Position numbers and translations under genes: made by a program. A DNA stretch of 64,000 bases, taken from NCBI GenBank assembly GCA_028695735.1, contig JAQVIJ010000004.1:128671-192670 (forward strand), read 5' to 3'. Below are positions 28,639 through 37,603 of the stretch, piece after piece (position 1 is the first letter of the stretch; each line of letters starts with the position of its first letter). The notes below the pieces were generated by a model. It worked only from the letters and a program-made list of their open reading frames with translations. It made no database searches and was not told the DNA's origin. This DNA comes from Deltaproteobacteria bacterium (GTDB lineage Bacteria; Desulfobacterota; Dissulfuribacteria; Dissulfuribacterales; DYLC01).

Positions 28639-29256
28639 TTAGGTCTTGGCCCCCAGTTTGGCCAGAAAATCATCGGAAACCGCATGGCCTGCGGCCCTGG
28701 CCTTCATGGCCTGCTCCAATGCCCCTGCCTTGTCCCCTTTGTTGTACAGGGCCACGGCCAGATTGTTTCGGGCCAGGCCGAATGTGGGGGCGAGGGATAC
28801 GGCCTTTCGCCCTGTCTCCACTGCCTCGTCTATGCGGTCAAGGGCTATCAATACAGTGGTCAGGTTCGTCAGGGCAGGTACCATATCAGGTTTGGTCTCC
28901 ACGGCCATTTGCAGATATTTCAAGGCATCCTCCCATTTCTCTTGTTGTAGATATGCCGACCCGATATTGACCATGGCCTCCGCTGCCTCTGGATAGATCT
29001 CCAGCGCCTTTTTGTTCTCTGCGATGCCTTCCTCAAGCCTGCCTGTCTGAAGATAGAGCACCCCCAGGTTGGAGCGGATTTCAAATGAGTGCGGGTCGAG
29101 TTTCAGCGCCTTTTGAAAGGCCTCCGCTGCCTCGTCGAAGCGTTCGGCCCTCCAATAGGCAAGACCGAGGCGATGAAGGGCTATGACGGAGTTGGGATTG
29201 TTTTTTACCTCTGCCTGGAGTTGTTCCAGCAGAGAGGATATCTTGTTGTTGTCCAT
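28639..29256 (-). CDS. TPR repeat protein
   Basis: 205 aa made of about five 34-residue TPR units (..ALHRLGLAYWRAERFDEAAEAFQKALKLDP..). Confidence 0.8.
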   Translation of the reverse strand: MDNNKISSLLEQLQAEVKNNPNSVIALHRLGLAYWRAERFDEAAEAFQKALKLDPHSFEIRSNLGVLYLQTGRLEEGIAENKKALEIYPEAAEAMVNIGSAYLQQEKWEDALKYLQMAVETKPDMVPALTNLTTVLIALDRIDEAVETGRKAVSLAPTFGLARNNLAVALYNKGDKAGALEQAMKARAAGHAVSDDFLAKLGAKT

Positions 29257-29389
29257 GATGTCTCCTGAGCAGTTGGGATAATTTTAACTACTATAATACA
29301 AAACCATGAAAACTCCATTATGAATGCAGTGAATTGCGCCAAATATCTTTTTGCCTTTCCTCTCTTGTGACGGTAGAATAACAACTTGA

Positions 29390-29807
29390 GGGGACCTCGA
29401 AAAATTGCCTTACCCTCTCAATTCTCCTTTGTGATTGGTAGGTTATTGCCCTCCCCTGACAATGGATGGGTTTAGTGGGTTATCTCCCTCCCCTGACAAG
29501 GGGAGGGCCGGGGAGGGGTTAAAAGAAATCTCCTACATCGAAGCGGTGATCCACCCCATGTAGCCCAATGGTGATTGGTGAGCGTATAACAGCTATGAGT
29601 TAGAATCAAAAACAACCCCCCTCAATCCCCCCTTATCAGGGGGGAAGTTTGTACAGTGACGAATATAACGGCAAAGGGAGGTTATCTCCCTCCCCTGACA
29701 AGGGATGGGGTAGTGGGTTATCCCCCTCCCCTGATCAGGGGAGGGCCGGGGAGGGGTGAGAGCTTCCCTTTAATATAAAACGATAATGGGGTATTTTTAA
29801 GGTTCCC
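29390..29807. repeat. MITE-like repeat, copy B (same termini as copies A, C and D, different and larger interior)
   Basis: Left end GGGACCTCGAAAAATTGCC and right end TATTTTTAAGGTTCCC match the terminal inverted repeats of the family. The interior carries the G-rich palindromes listed separately. Confidence 0.5.
29431..29757. repeat. G/C-rich palindromic (REP-like) repeat cluster
   Basis: Four copies of GGTTATYNCCCTCCCCTGA(N2-4)GGGRKGGG, arranged as two tandem pairs at 29441/29477 and 29680/29715. The second member of each pair extends to GGGAGGGCCGGGGAGGGGT. A further palindrome CCCCCCTTATCAGGGGGG lies at about 29618-29645. Confidence 0.7.
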
Positions 29808-29869
29808 TTAAGAAACCCCCCAAGAGATCCTTGAGGATTAATTTTACAAATGCGGCAGGTGAAATCAAT

Positions 29870-32800
29870 ATGGTGCTTGAATCCGATGCCTTGCGTCAGA
29901 ATCTGCGTGAAACAGCCGTCAATTATGTCTTGATCGATGCCCGCTATGACAATCTGCTGGAGGCATTGCGAGCCTATCAGGGGGTTTTCAAAACAGCGGA
30001 ACACCTTGTCTATGAACTCCATCACCCTTTTGTGAACTGGGGGGTCTTTATAGATGAATTGCGCTCGTTTTCCCTGAAGAATCTGCCTGTCATCAGCAGA
30101 ACGCCTTGCGCCGACCAGGCCCTTGCCGTAATGCTCGAACTTTTCCATGACACCATTGTCAGGGCCCCCAAACAGCACCAGAAGCTGCTTGTACTCGATG
30201 GACTGCTGGCCTTTTACGAAAAACTCGGTTCCTCACTGGAACCCACTCTGCTGCATAAAATGATGTCAGCCCTGCAACAGAGTGTTTCCCGCTTGAGTGA
30301 GTTGGAAGAACCGCTTTTGATGGGAGTCGTCCGCAGTCTGTATCCCTTGCAGCGCACAGCCGGCGTCTTGCTGTCAAGGGTTGCGCCTGGCTTTGAAGAC
30401 CATGGTTTGTGGCAGGCATTGTTGTCTCTGCTTGTGCGTGTTCAGGAATTGTCCCTGGGTTATTGGATGCAATTGGATGACCCATTTGAATGGTTCGAAC
30501 GTACTATAAAGCAGTACGGGGTCTTTTTGCCCGATTCTCTGCTTGAAGAGGTCAGAAAACTGCTGCAACCCATTTCTAGGATGCGTATGCAGCAGGAATT
30601 GTCAAAGGTGGATGAAATACGGAAACGCTGTCTCACCCGGCTTTCGCCCCAGGCCGGCCATAAGCCTTCCGACGGGGCGCCGTCCGCAATCTCATGCCTT
30701 CAGGAGGCGCTTGCCGTTGTTTCGCATCTGGAGATAGTCAAGGCATACAGGACGGTGGCCCAGTCTTTTGGCGAGCATTACTGTACCCTTCAGGGATCAG
30801 CGGCTTCCGGATATGGAGAAAAAAACCCTGAGATAGACCTGCATATACTTTTCCTTTTTCACATGGTGGAGATCGACGCCCTTTCCACGATTCATGAGGA
30901 TGTGCTCCGGAATATCAACAAAAGACTGCTGTGCCTGGTGCGTACGGCTCAAATAGAACAGCTAAACGATATATTGCCGCGCGCCTTCCGTTTGCTCAAG
31001 CAGCAGATCGGAAACTTTCCTCAGACAGCCCTGCAGTGCATCGAGGCCCTGGGCGGTGAGATATCCAGGCTGAACAACGAAGGGCTGCTGGAGCTTTTTC
31101 TGGAGCAGGTGGTGGAGTTCGGCTTTCAAACCCCTGATATTCATGGAGTGGATGCCGAGTGGCATGTGCTTTCCAACCCGGCGCATCTTCAGAATATTCG
31201 TGTGTGGCTCAAGCTCATAAGGCAGAATCCGAAGGTGTTCAGCACGCTGCTCTCAGCCCTGATAGTGAATATATCCCTGGCGGGCACCTGCATAAAGGAC
31301 ACCGACCTCTTTCAGAAGGATGTCACACAGCTCTTGAATGCGGATATAGAGCCGGTCTATGCCTTGGTCAAACAGTTCACCAAGCTGCTGCCGGTTTATT
31401 TCAACGAGATAGGCGCAGAAGGTCTTTTGAGGGATGTCTCCACGGAACTGGATGAACTGACCCTGCGCCAGGACAGACTCATACATTTTCTGCGCAAACA
31501 GGCCCATGTGGAGAGTCACAATCTCATAGTGGATTTTATCGGTTCCATCCTGCATTTCTGGCATACAGGGGATAAATCCGTCCTGAAACCATGGGTGCCG
31601 GATGTGGTGCTGGAGGGTGTGACTGCGTCCGGTGAATTTTTCGATGAGGTGCATACGATCATCGCAAGACTGGCGGAAAGCTGTCCGCTGACAAGACCCC
31701 GAAACAGCGCGGATGTGCTGGAGAGCCTCTGCGACCTCTCTGAGACCCGTGTATCAGGGCTTCTGGAGGGTATGACAGATGTATCGGAGAGGGAGAAAAA
31801 GAGGGTTTGGCTGCTTTTCAAGATGTATCGCCTGGAGGTTTTGAAATACAGATTGGGTGTGCAGGAACTGGCAGGACATCTGAAGGAGGCCAGGGACTGG
31901 GGGTTCAACGGGCTGGACCGTGTCATAGAGATGCTTGAGCAGAACGGGCAAACGGCGGCCAATGACTCAGGCGCATTCAGCACTGGTCCTGCGGAACTGG
32001 AGGGCCGTTTGCAGATACTGCTTGAGACCCTGGAATGGCTTCAGACCATCATATTGAGCCGGCAGCAATTCGAGATTCGCGAGGATATCTACTACAAAAG
32101 GCACATTGCCGTGGATATTCCGTCCATGTACGGAAAATATCATGAAAAGAAGTTTGACGCCCTGAGCCTGAGTTTTCGTCTGGAAAATCTGGCCCAGACA
32201 TATTTCGAGTCCATGGTGGAGGACCTGGAGCTCACATTTGTCACGCGGGCACTTTTTGTAAAGATTGTGAGATATCTGAAGTTGTGTTACAGGGCGGTTC
32301 GTCTGAACGGCGTGCGGTCCCGTGGTTTCGAGTCCCATTTGACCTTGCTGGAACAGTCCCTTGAGATAAGGCGATTCAGCTTTTCGCAATATCTGGACAT
32401 CGTCAGAGGGCTGTCGGAAGGGGTCAAGGAGATGATTCATGTGCATTACATCAGCCCTCATCAGGACAATCTCGCCCGTGTCCTGAAACAATTGGGGGAG
32501 GAAGGTCTTTCTGTAAAATATCGTAACTCCTTTGGCCCGGAGACCGGTGAACTGCTTCCGCGAGTGTCCGAGCGTTTTTACAGGGACCTCATAGCCACCA
32601 CCTTCGGTATGCAGGTGCTGGATCGTTTTGTATCCCGGCTCTATCAGGTCATGGGCGAGCAAAAAGAGCGATTGAGTCAGAGGGAGCTGGACCTGCTGTT
32701 GAGTTACGATATGGAGCGGGTCTTGTGTCCCATACGCAACCCAAATCCTCAGACCAAAAACCTGATTTATCTCGGCAACAAAGGCTTTAATCTCGTGAAA

Positions 32801-34252
32801 TTGGCCGAAGAAGGGCTGGCTGTTCCGGCCGGGGTCATAGCGACCACCGAACTTTTCCGCTGCTATTCGGTGTTTCAGGCCTTTCCAAGGGTTTATGAGG
32901 ACTTTCAGGCGCAGTTGCGTGCGGCCATAGCGGATATGGAAAGACAGACCGGCAAACGATTCGGAGACAGCACCAACCCGTTACTGCTGTCCGTACGAAG
33001 CGGCGCCGCCATTTCCATGCCCGGTATGATGGCTACCATCATAAACGTGGGTATGAATCAGGGGATAGCCGAGGGACTTGCCGTATCCTCGCAAAACAGC
33101 TGGTTTGCCTGGGATAATTACCGCCGTTTTCTGCAATCATGGGGCATGGCATTCGGTATGGAGCGGGAGATATTTACTGAACTCATGATACATCACAAAA
33201 AGCTGTATGGAGTCAGCAAGAAACGGGAGTTTTCCGGAGATGCCATGCGGGAACTGGCGTTGTTATACAGAGAGGCGGTATTGTCTCATGGTATGGAGGT
33301 GGAGGACGATCCCTTCGAGCAGCTGCTGGTGTCCATTCGTCTGGTGCTCGGCTCCTGGGATTCCGCCAAGGCGAAGGCCTACAGGGCTATCATGGAGATA
33401 TCGGACTACTGGGGGACCGCTGTCATAATGCAGGCCATGGCATTCGGCAATATTTCGGAAAATTCAGGGACAGGGGTGGTATTTACCGCCAATCCAGCCA
33501 AAAAATTGGACAGGGTTTCCTTGTGGGGGGATTTTACGCCTGGGAATCAGGGCGAGGACATAGTGAGCGGCCTGGTGCTGACATATCCAATCTCCAGAGA
33601 ACAGAAGGCCGTGCGGGGAATAAATGGCGAGGTGACGCTGGAAGAGACCTTCCCTGAGATATATGCGGAACTCTCCGGCATCGCCAGCCGGCTCATCTAC
33701 GAAAAGAAGTGGAGCCCGCAGGAGATAGAATTCACCTTTGAGGGCCCGAGCCGCGAGCAATTATACATCCTTCAGACTCGAAACATGGCCATCAAAAAAC
33801 ACGATATGGTCAATATATTCGTGCCGGGAAGGTCGCTGGATGCGAATTATCTGGCCAGAGGTATCGGTGTGAGCGGCGGCGCATTGTCCGGAAAGGCGGT
33901 TTTCTGCCTGCGTGACATCGAAAGTTTCAGGTCTGAGGAGCCGGATACACCGCTGATCCTCATACGTTCTGATACTGTGCCGGAGGATATCCGTGAAATA
34001 TCATTGGCTGACGGAATCCTGACTGCGAGAGGCGGACAGACATCCCATGCCTCCATCGTGGCCTTCAGGCTTGACAAGGTCTGCGTGGTGGGCTGTAAAC
34101 AACTGAAGGTCTATGAGGACAAAGGGCTTGCAAAGATAAATGAATTGGATATACATACAGGGGATTACATCAGTATCGACGGCAGATTGGGTATGGTATA
34201 TTGGGGCAAACATAAGGTGCAGCGTGAAAAGCGTATCATATCGGTGCAATAG
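29870..34252 (+). CDS. giant PPDK-like protein: about 960-aa uncharacterised N-terminal region + PPDK-type ATP-grasp + phosphohistidine swivel domain; no PEP/pyruvate TIM-barrel domain
   Basis: The C-terminal 500 aa align by eye to pyruvate phosphate dikinase: LLLSVRSGAAISMPGMMATIINVGMN, WGTAVIMQAMAFGN..SGTGVVFTANP, QGEDIVSG, IEFTFE...LYILQTRN, and TARGGQTSHASIVAFRL with the catalytic His codon at 34044-34046. The ORF stops about 70 aa after that His. ATG 29870 (AGGTGA RBS) is preferred over TTG 29831. Confidence 0.85.
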   Translation: MVLESDALRQNLRETAVNYVLIDARYDNLLEALRAYQGVFKTAEHLVYELHHPFVNWGVFIDELRSFSLKNLPVISRTPCADQALAVMLELFHDTIVRAPKQHQKLLVLDGLLAFYEKLGSSLEPTLLHKMMSALQQSVSRLSELEEPLLMGVVRSLYPLQRTAGVLLSRVAPGFEDHGLWQALLSLLVRVQELSLGYWMQLDDPFEWFERTIKQYGVFLPDSLLEEVRKLLQPISRMRMQQELSKVDEIRKRCLTRLSPQAGHKPSDGAPSAISCLQEALAVVSHLEIVKAYRTVAQSFGEHYCTLQGSAASGYGEKNPEIDLHILFLFHMVEIDALSTIHEDVLRNINKRLLCLVRTAQIEQLNDILPRAFRLLKQQIGNFPQTALQCIEALGGEISRLNNEGLLELFLEQVVEFGFQTPDIHGVDAEWHVLSNPAHLQNIRVWLKLIRQNPKVFSTLLSALIVNISLAGTCIKDTDLFQKDVTQLLNADIEPVYALVKQFTKLLPVYFNEIGAEGLLRDVSTELDELTLRQDRLIHFLRKQAHVESHNLIVDFIGSILHFWHTGDKSVLKPWVPDVVLEGVTASGEFFDEVHTIIARLAESCPLTRPRNSADVLESLCDLSETRVSGLLEGMTDVSEREKKRVWLLFKMYRLEVLKYRLGVQELAGHLKEARDWGFNGLDRVIEMLEQNGQTAANDSGAFSTGPAELEGRLQILLETLEWLQTIILSRQQFEIREDIYYKRHIAVDIPSMYGKYHEKKFDALSLSFRLENLAQTYFESMVEDLELTFVTRALFVKIVRYLKLCYRAVRLNGVRSRGFESHLTLLEQSLEIRRFSFSQYLDIVRGLSEGVKEMIHVHYISPHQDNLARVLKQLGEEGLSVKYRNSFGPETGELLPRVSERFYRDLIATTFGMQVLDRFVSRLYQVMGEQKERLSQRELDLLLSYDMERVLCPIRNPNPQTKNLIYLGNKGFNLVKLAEEGLAVPAGVIATTELFRCYSVFQAFPRVYEDFQAQLRAAIADMERQTGKRFGDSTNPLLLSVRSGAAISMPGMMATIINVGMNQGIAEGLAVSSQNSWFAWDNYRRFLQSWGMAFGMEREIFTELMIHHKKLYGVSKKREFSGDAMRELALLYREAVLSHGMEVEDDPFEQLLVSIRLVLGSWDSAKAKAYRAIMEISDYWGTAVIMQAMAFGNISENSGTGVVFTANPAKKLDRVSLWGDFTPGNQGEDIVSGLVLTYPISREQKAVRGINGEVTLEETFPEIYAELSGIASRLIYEKKWSPQEIEFTFEGPSREQLYILQTRNMAIKKHDMVNIFVPGRSLDANYLARGIGVSGGALSGKAVFCLRDIESFRSEEPDTPLILIRSDTVPEDIREISLADGILTARGGQTSHASIVAFRLDKVCVVGCKQLKVYEDKGLAKINELDIHTGDYISIDGRLGMVYWGKHKVQREKRIISVQ

Positions 34253-34334
34253 TGTTCCCTTGTGACCTGCCAGGTTGTGCTTTTGAATGAAATGGAAATA
34301 ATAAAATAACCCATGTGAATCAGGAGGATTGCAA

Positions 34335-35594
34335 ATGATAGAAGTCGGCAACACCCCAAGACCCCTTAAGCTGGGGATAAACGGCCTTGGCAGAATCGGT
34401 AAATTGAGCCTTTGGCACCATGTGGCTAACCGTACTTTTTCAGAAATCGTTGTCAATATAGGCAGGCAGGCAGGCAAGTCCCTGGCCGATATCGCTGCAT
34501 ACATCGAACGGGACAGCAGTTATGGAAGGCTGTCCACATATCTGCATGGATATAAGGGCGGAGTTACTGTGGAGAATCTGAACGATGCCACAGGCTCCAT
34601 GACTGTAAACGGGGTCCCTGTGACCATTCTGAGGGACAAGAGAAACCCCAGGGAGATTCAATGGGCTGAACATGATGTGCGTTTTGTGCTGGACTCCACC
34701 GGAGTTTTCACCGACCCCACCGTACCGGCAGACAGCCCCAGAGGCGCCCTGCGCGGCCATCTGGAGGCGGGGGCCTCCAAGGTGCTGCTTTCAGCGCCCT
34801 TCAAGATCAAGGACAAGTCTGCATCCATGCCCGAAGATGCTGTAACCACTGTCATGGGCATCAACGAAGACGACTACATCCCTGCCAGACACAGCCTCAT
34901 TTCTGCGGCATCATGCACAACCACCTGTCTGGCATATATGGTCAAGCCCTTGCTCGATTATTTCGGCATATCCAGAATCCTTACGGCCTCCATGGTTACA
35001 GTGCATGCAGCCACAGGTAGTCAAGTGGTCCTGGATCGTCTGCCGGATGCAGGTGCCAAGGACCTGCGTAAGAATCGCAGTGTATTCAATAACATAATCC
35101 TTACCACGACCGGTGCGGCCAAGGCCTTGTCCCTGGTATTGCCTGAGATGAAGCAGATTGGTTTCATAGCCGAATCCGTACGCATACCCACCTCCACCGG
35201 CTCCATCGTCATATTGGTTCTGACCATTCACGACACCAGTCTTGAAACGCCCATAAAGCGGGAGCTCATAAACGGCATCTACAAGGATGCCGCGGAAGGC
35301 GCCATGAAGGGGCATCTGATCTTTACGGAGGAACAAAACGTCTCTTCCGATATCATAGGATATCCGAGGGCTGCAACCATTATCGAGGGCACCGAGACAC
35401 ATACCCGCACAGGGGCCATAAATGTGGATCCCTCCCTGATATGTTCAGGCCCTGAGGGTGCCAAAATCACCTGCGCCCCCCTTCAGATACCCGTTACTCA
35501 GGTTGTGATATATGGCTGGTACGACAACGAATTGGGCAGTTATACCAACATGTTGGGCGAACGGGCGGTAACTATAGCGGATTCGATGCTGTAG
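34335..35594 (+). CDS. gap: glyceraldehyde-3-phosphate dehydrogenase, long form (419 aa)
   Basis: Rossmann motif GINGLGRIGK and catalytic SAASCTTTCLA. ATG 34335 is 7 nt after AGGAGG, whereas the track start is a TTG 2 codons earlier. Confidence 0.9.
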   Translation: MIEVGNTPRPLKLGINGLGRIGKLSLWHHVANRTFSEIVVNIGRQAGKSLADIAAYIERDSSYGRLSTYLHGYKGGVTVENLNDATGSMTVNGVPVTILRDKRNPREIQWAEHDVRFVLDSTGVFTDPTVPADSPRGALRGHLEAGASKVLLSAPFKIKDKSASMPEDAVTTVMGINEDDYIPARHSLISAASCTTTCLAYMVKPLLDYFGISRILTASMVTVHAATGSQVVLDRLPDAGAKDLRKNRSVFNNIILTTTGAAKALSLVLPEMKQIGFIAESVRIPTSTGSIVILVLTIHDTSLETPIKRELINGIYKDAAEGAMKGHLIFTEEQNVSSDIIGYPRAATIIEGTETHTRTGAINVDPSLICSGPEGAKITCAPLQIPVTQVVIYGWYDNELGSYTNMLGERAVTIADSML

Positions 35595-35618
35595 ATGACG
35601 GTATCAGGAGGTCCTGAA

Positions 35619-36806
35619 ATGATCAGATATATCGATGAGCTGGATCTGGCGGGTAAAAAGGTCCTGATGCGTGTGGATTTCAATGTTCCCTTGAATGAGG
35701 CCTTGGAGATCACCGATGATCACCGCATTCGGGCGGCCTTACCCAGTGTGCGTTACGCACTTGAAAAAGGGGCAAGACTCATCCTCTGCTCGCATATGGG
35801 TAAACCCAAGGGGCAGCGCGTTGAAAAATTGAGCCTCAAACCTGCAGCCCTGCGTTTGAGTGAGCTGTTGGGTCAGCAGGTGCCGTTGGTTGCGGACTGC
35901 ATCGGGCCGGAGGTGCAGGCGGCGGTGGAGGCATTGCAGCCCGGCCAGGCAGTTCTGCTGGAGAACCTGCGTTTTTACAACGGCGAGACCAAGGACGATC
36001 CTGAGTTCGCCAAGGCCCTGGCGAGTCTGGCCGAGGTATATGTCAATGATGCCTTTGCTGTTTCTCACCGGGCCCATGCCTCTGTGCATGGAGTCGTCAA
36101 GTTTTTCAAGGCGTATGCGGCTGGTTTTTTGCTGAAGAACGAACTGGCCTACTTTGAAAGGGCATTGAAGGCCCCTGAAAGGCCTCTGGTAGCCATTCTC
36201 GGGGGCTCAAAGGTCTCCACCAAGCTTGGCGCCATTCAGAATATTTTGCCCAAGGTCAACAAAATCATCATAGGCGGGGCCATGGCCAACACCTTTTGGG
36301 CGGCTCAGGGTGTCTCCATGGGGAGTTCGTTGGTTGAACCTGATCTATTTGAGACAGCCAGATACCTGGTTTCCGAGGCGAGGCAGGCAGGCGTGAAATT
36401 TTATCTTCCGGTGGATGTAGTGATAGCACAGGAACTCAAGGCCGATGCAGTCAACAGAATAGTGCCTGTGCAGGAGATACCGGATGGCTGGATGGCCCTG
36501 GACATAGGCCCTGCAACTACTCAGCTCTTTTGCGAGGCCCTGGAGAACGCCAGAACCATTGTCTGGAACGGCCCTGTGGGCGCCTTTGAGATGCCTGCGT
36601 TCAGCGCCGGGACAATGGCCCTGGCCCATGCTGTGGGGGCCTCCAGTGCGCTTACCATAGTGGGTGGAGGCGACACGGATGCCGCTGTGGCTAAGGCCGG
36701 AGAGACAGGAAATATCTCTTATATCTCAACCGGCGGCGGGGCGTTTCTGGATTTGCTGGAAGGTAAGGAGCTGCCGGGCATTCTGGCGCTCACAGAGGGT
36801 GTTTGA
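35619..36806 (+). CDS. pgk: phosphoglycerate kinase
   Basis: ..KKVLMRVDFNVPL.., ..RIRAALPS.., ..SHMGKPKG.., and the C-terminal ..GGGDT..STGGGAFLDLLEG motif. ATG 35619 is preceded by AGGAGG. Confidence 0.93.
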   Translation: MIRYIDELDLAGKKVLMRVDFNVPLNEALEITDDHRIRAALPSVRYALEKGARLILCSHMGKPKGQRVEKLSLKPAALRLSELLGQQVPLVADCIGPEVQAAVEALQPGQAVLLENLRFYNGETKDDPEFAKALASLAEVYVNDAFAVSHRAHASVHGVVKFFKAYAAGFLLKNELAYFERALKAPERPLVAILGGSKVSTKLGAIQNILPKVNKIIIGGAMANTFWAAQGVSMGSSLVEPDLFETARYLVSEARQAGVKFYLPVDVVIAQELKADAVNRIVPVQEIPDGWMALDIGPATTQLFCEALENARTIVWNGPVGAFEMPAFSAGTMALAHAVGASSALTIVGGGDTDAAVAKAGETGNISYISTGGGAFLDLLEGKELPGILALTEGV

Positions 36807-36829
36807 GCCTTTTGGGCAGGAGAGATTGC

Positions 36830-37603
36830 ATGCTTCGAAAAAGACAGCCTATTTTTGCCGCCAACTGGAAGATGTACAAGACCATTCAAGAGACAAGGGC
36901 GTTTTTTGCCTCTTTTTTCGGTGCATTGAGTGAATATGCGGACAGAAAAACTGTAATAGCCCCGCCGTTTACCGCCCTTGCAGCGGCTCGAGAGGAAATC
37001 GGTGCCTTCAAGCGCCAGGATGTCTCCATAGCCGCCCAGAATGTATTTTTTGAGGAGCAAGGGGCATATACGGGCGAGGTCTCTCTGCCCATGTTGCAGG
37101 AACTGGGTGTTGAATTCGTTATCCTGGGGCATTCCGAGCGCAGGCATATCTTCGGCGAGACGGATATGGGTGTGGCATTCAAGGTGCGGGCCGTGTGCGA
37201 GGCAGGTTTGTGTCCCATTCTGTGCGTTGGGGAGCGCCTGAGTGAGCGGGAGGCAGAAAGGACGAATATGGTGATAGGCATTCAACTGGCAGCGGCCCTG
37301 GCCGCCCTGCCTGAGAATGCGCTGCATGGCCTGATCATCGCGTATGAACCCGTATGGGCCATAGGAACCGGCAAGGTGGCTTCCGCAGAACAGATAGCGC
37401 AGGTGCATGCCTTTATACGTTCCTGGTTTGCCGTGCATTTCAATTCGGCCCTTGCAGAAAATATAAGGATATTGTATGGTGGCTCGGTTAAATTAAACAA
37501 CGCCGCTCAAATAATGGGCATCGCTGACGTAGATGGCCTGTTGGTGGGTGGGGCGTCTCTTGATGCCGGTGAGTTTGTAAAAATTGTTTCCTGTGAGATA
37601 TAA
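36830..37603 (+). CDS. tpiA: triose-phosphate isomerase
   Basis: FAANWKM, ILGHSERR, AYEPVWAIGTG and LYGGSV motifs. ATG 36830 follows AGGAGA. Confidence 0.93.
   Translation: MLRKRQPIFAANWKMYKTIQETRAFFASFFGALSEYADRKTVIAPPFTALAAAREEIGAFKRQDVSIAAQNVFFEEQGAYTGEVSLPMLQELGVEFVILGHSERRHIFGETDMGVAFKVRAVCEAGLCPILCVGERLSEREAERTNMVIGIQLAAALAALPENALHGLIIAYEPVWAIGTGKVASAEQIAQVHAFIRSWFAVHFNSALAENIRILYGGSVKLNNAAQIMGIADVDGLLVGGASLDAGEFVKIVSCEI

Noticed and set aside
29431-29757. Possible CRISPR array, because of repeated roughly 37-42-nt palindromic units
   Set aside because: The units occur as two adjacent pairs with no regularly sized unique spacers. Copies are degenerate rather than identical, and no cas genes or leader are present. 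The behaviour is REP-like, not CRISPR.
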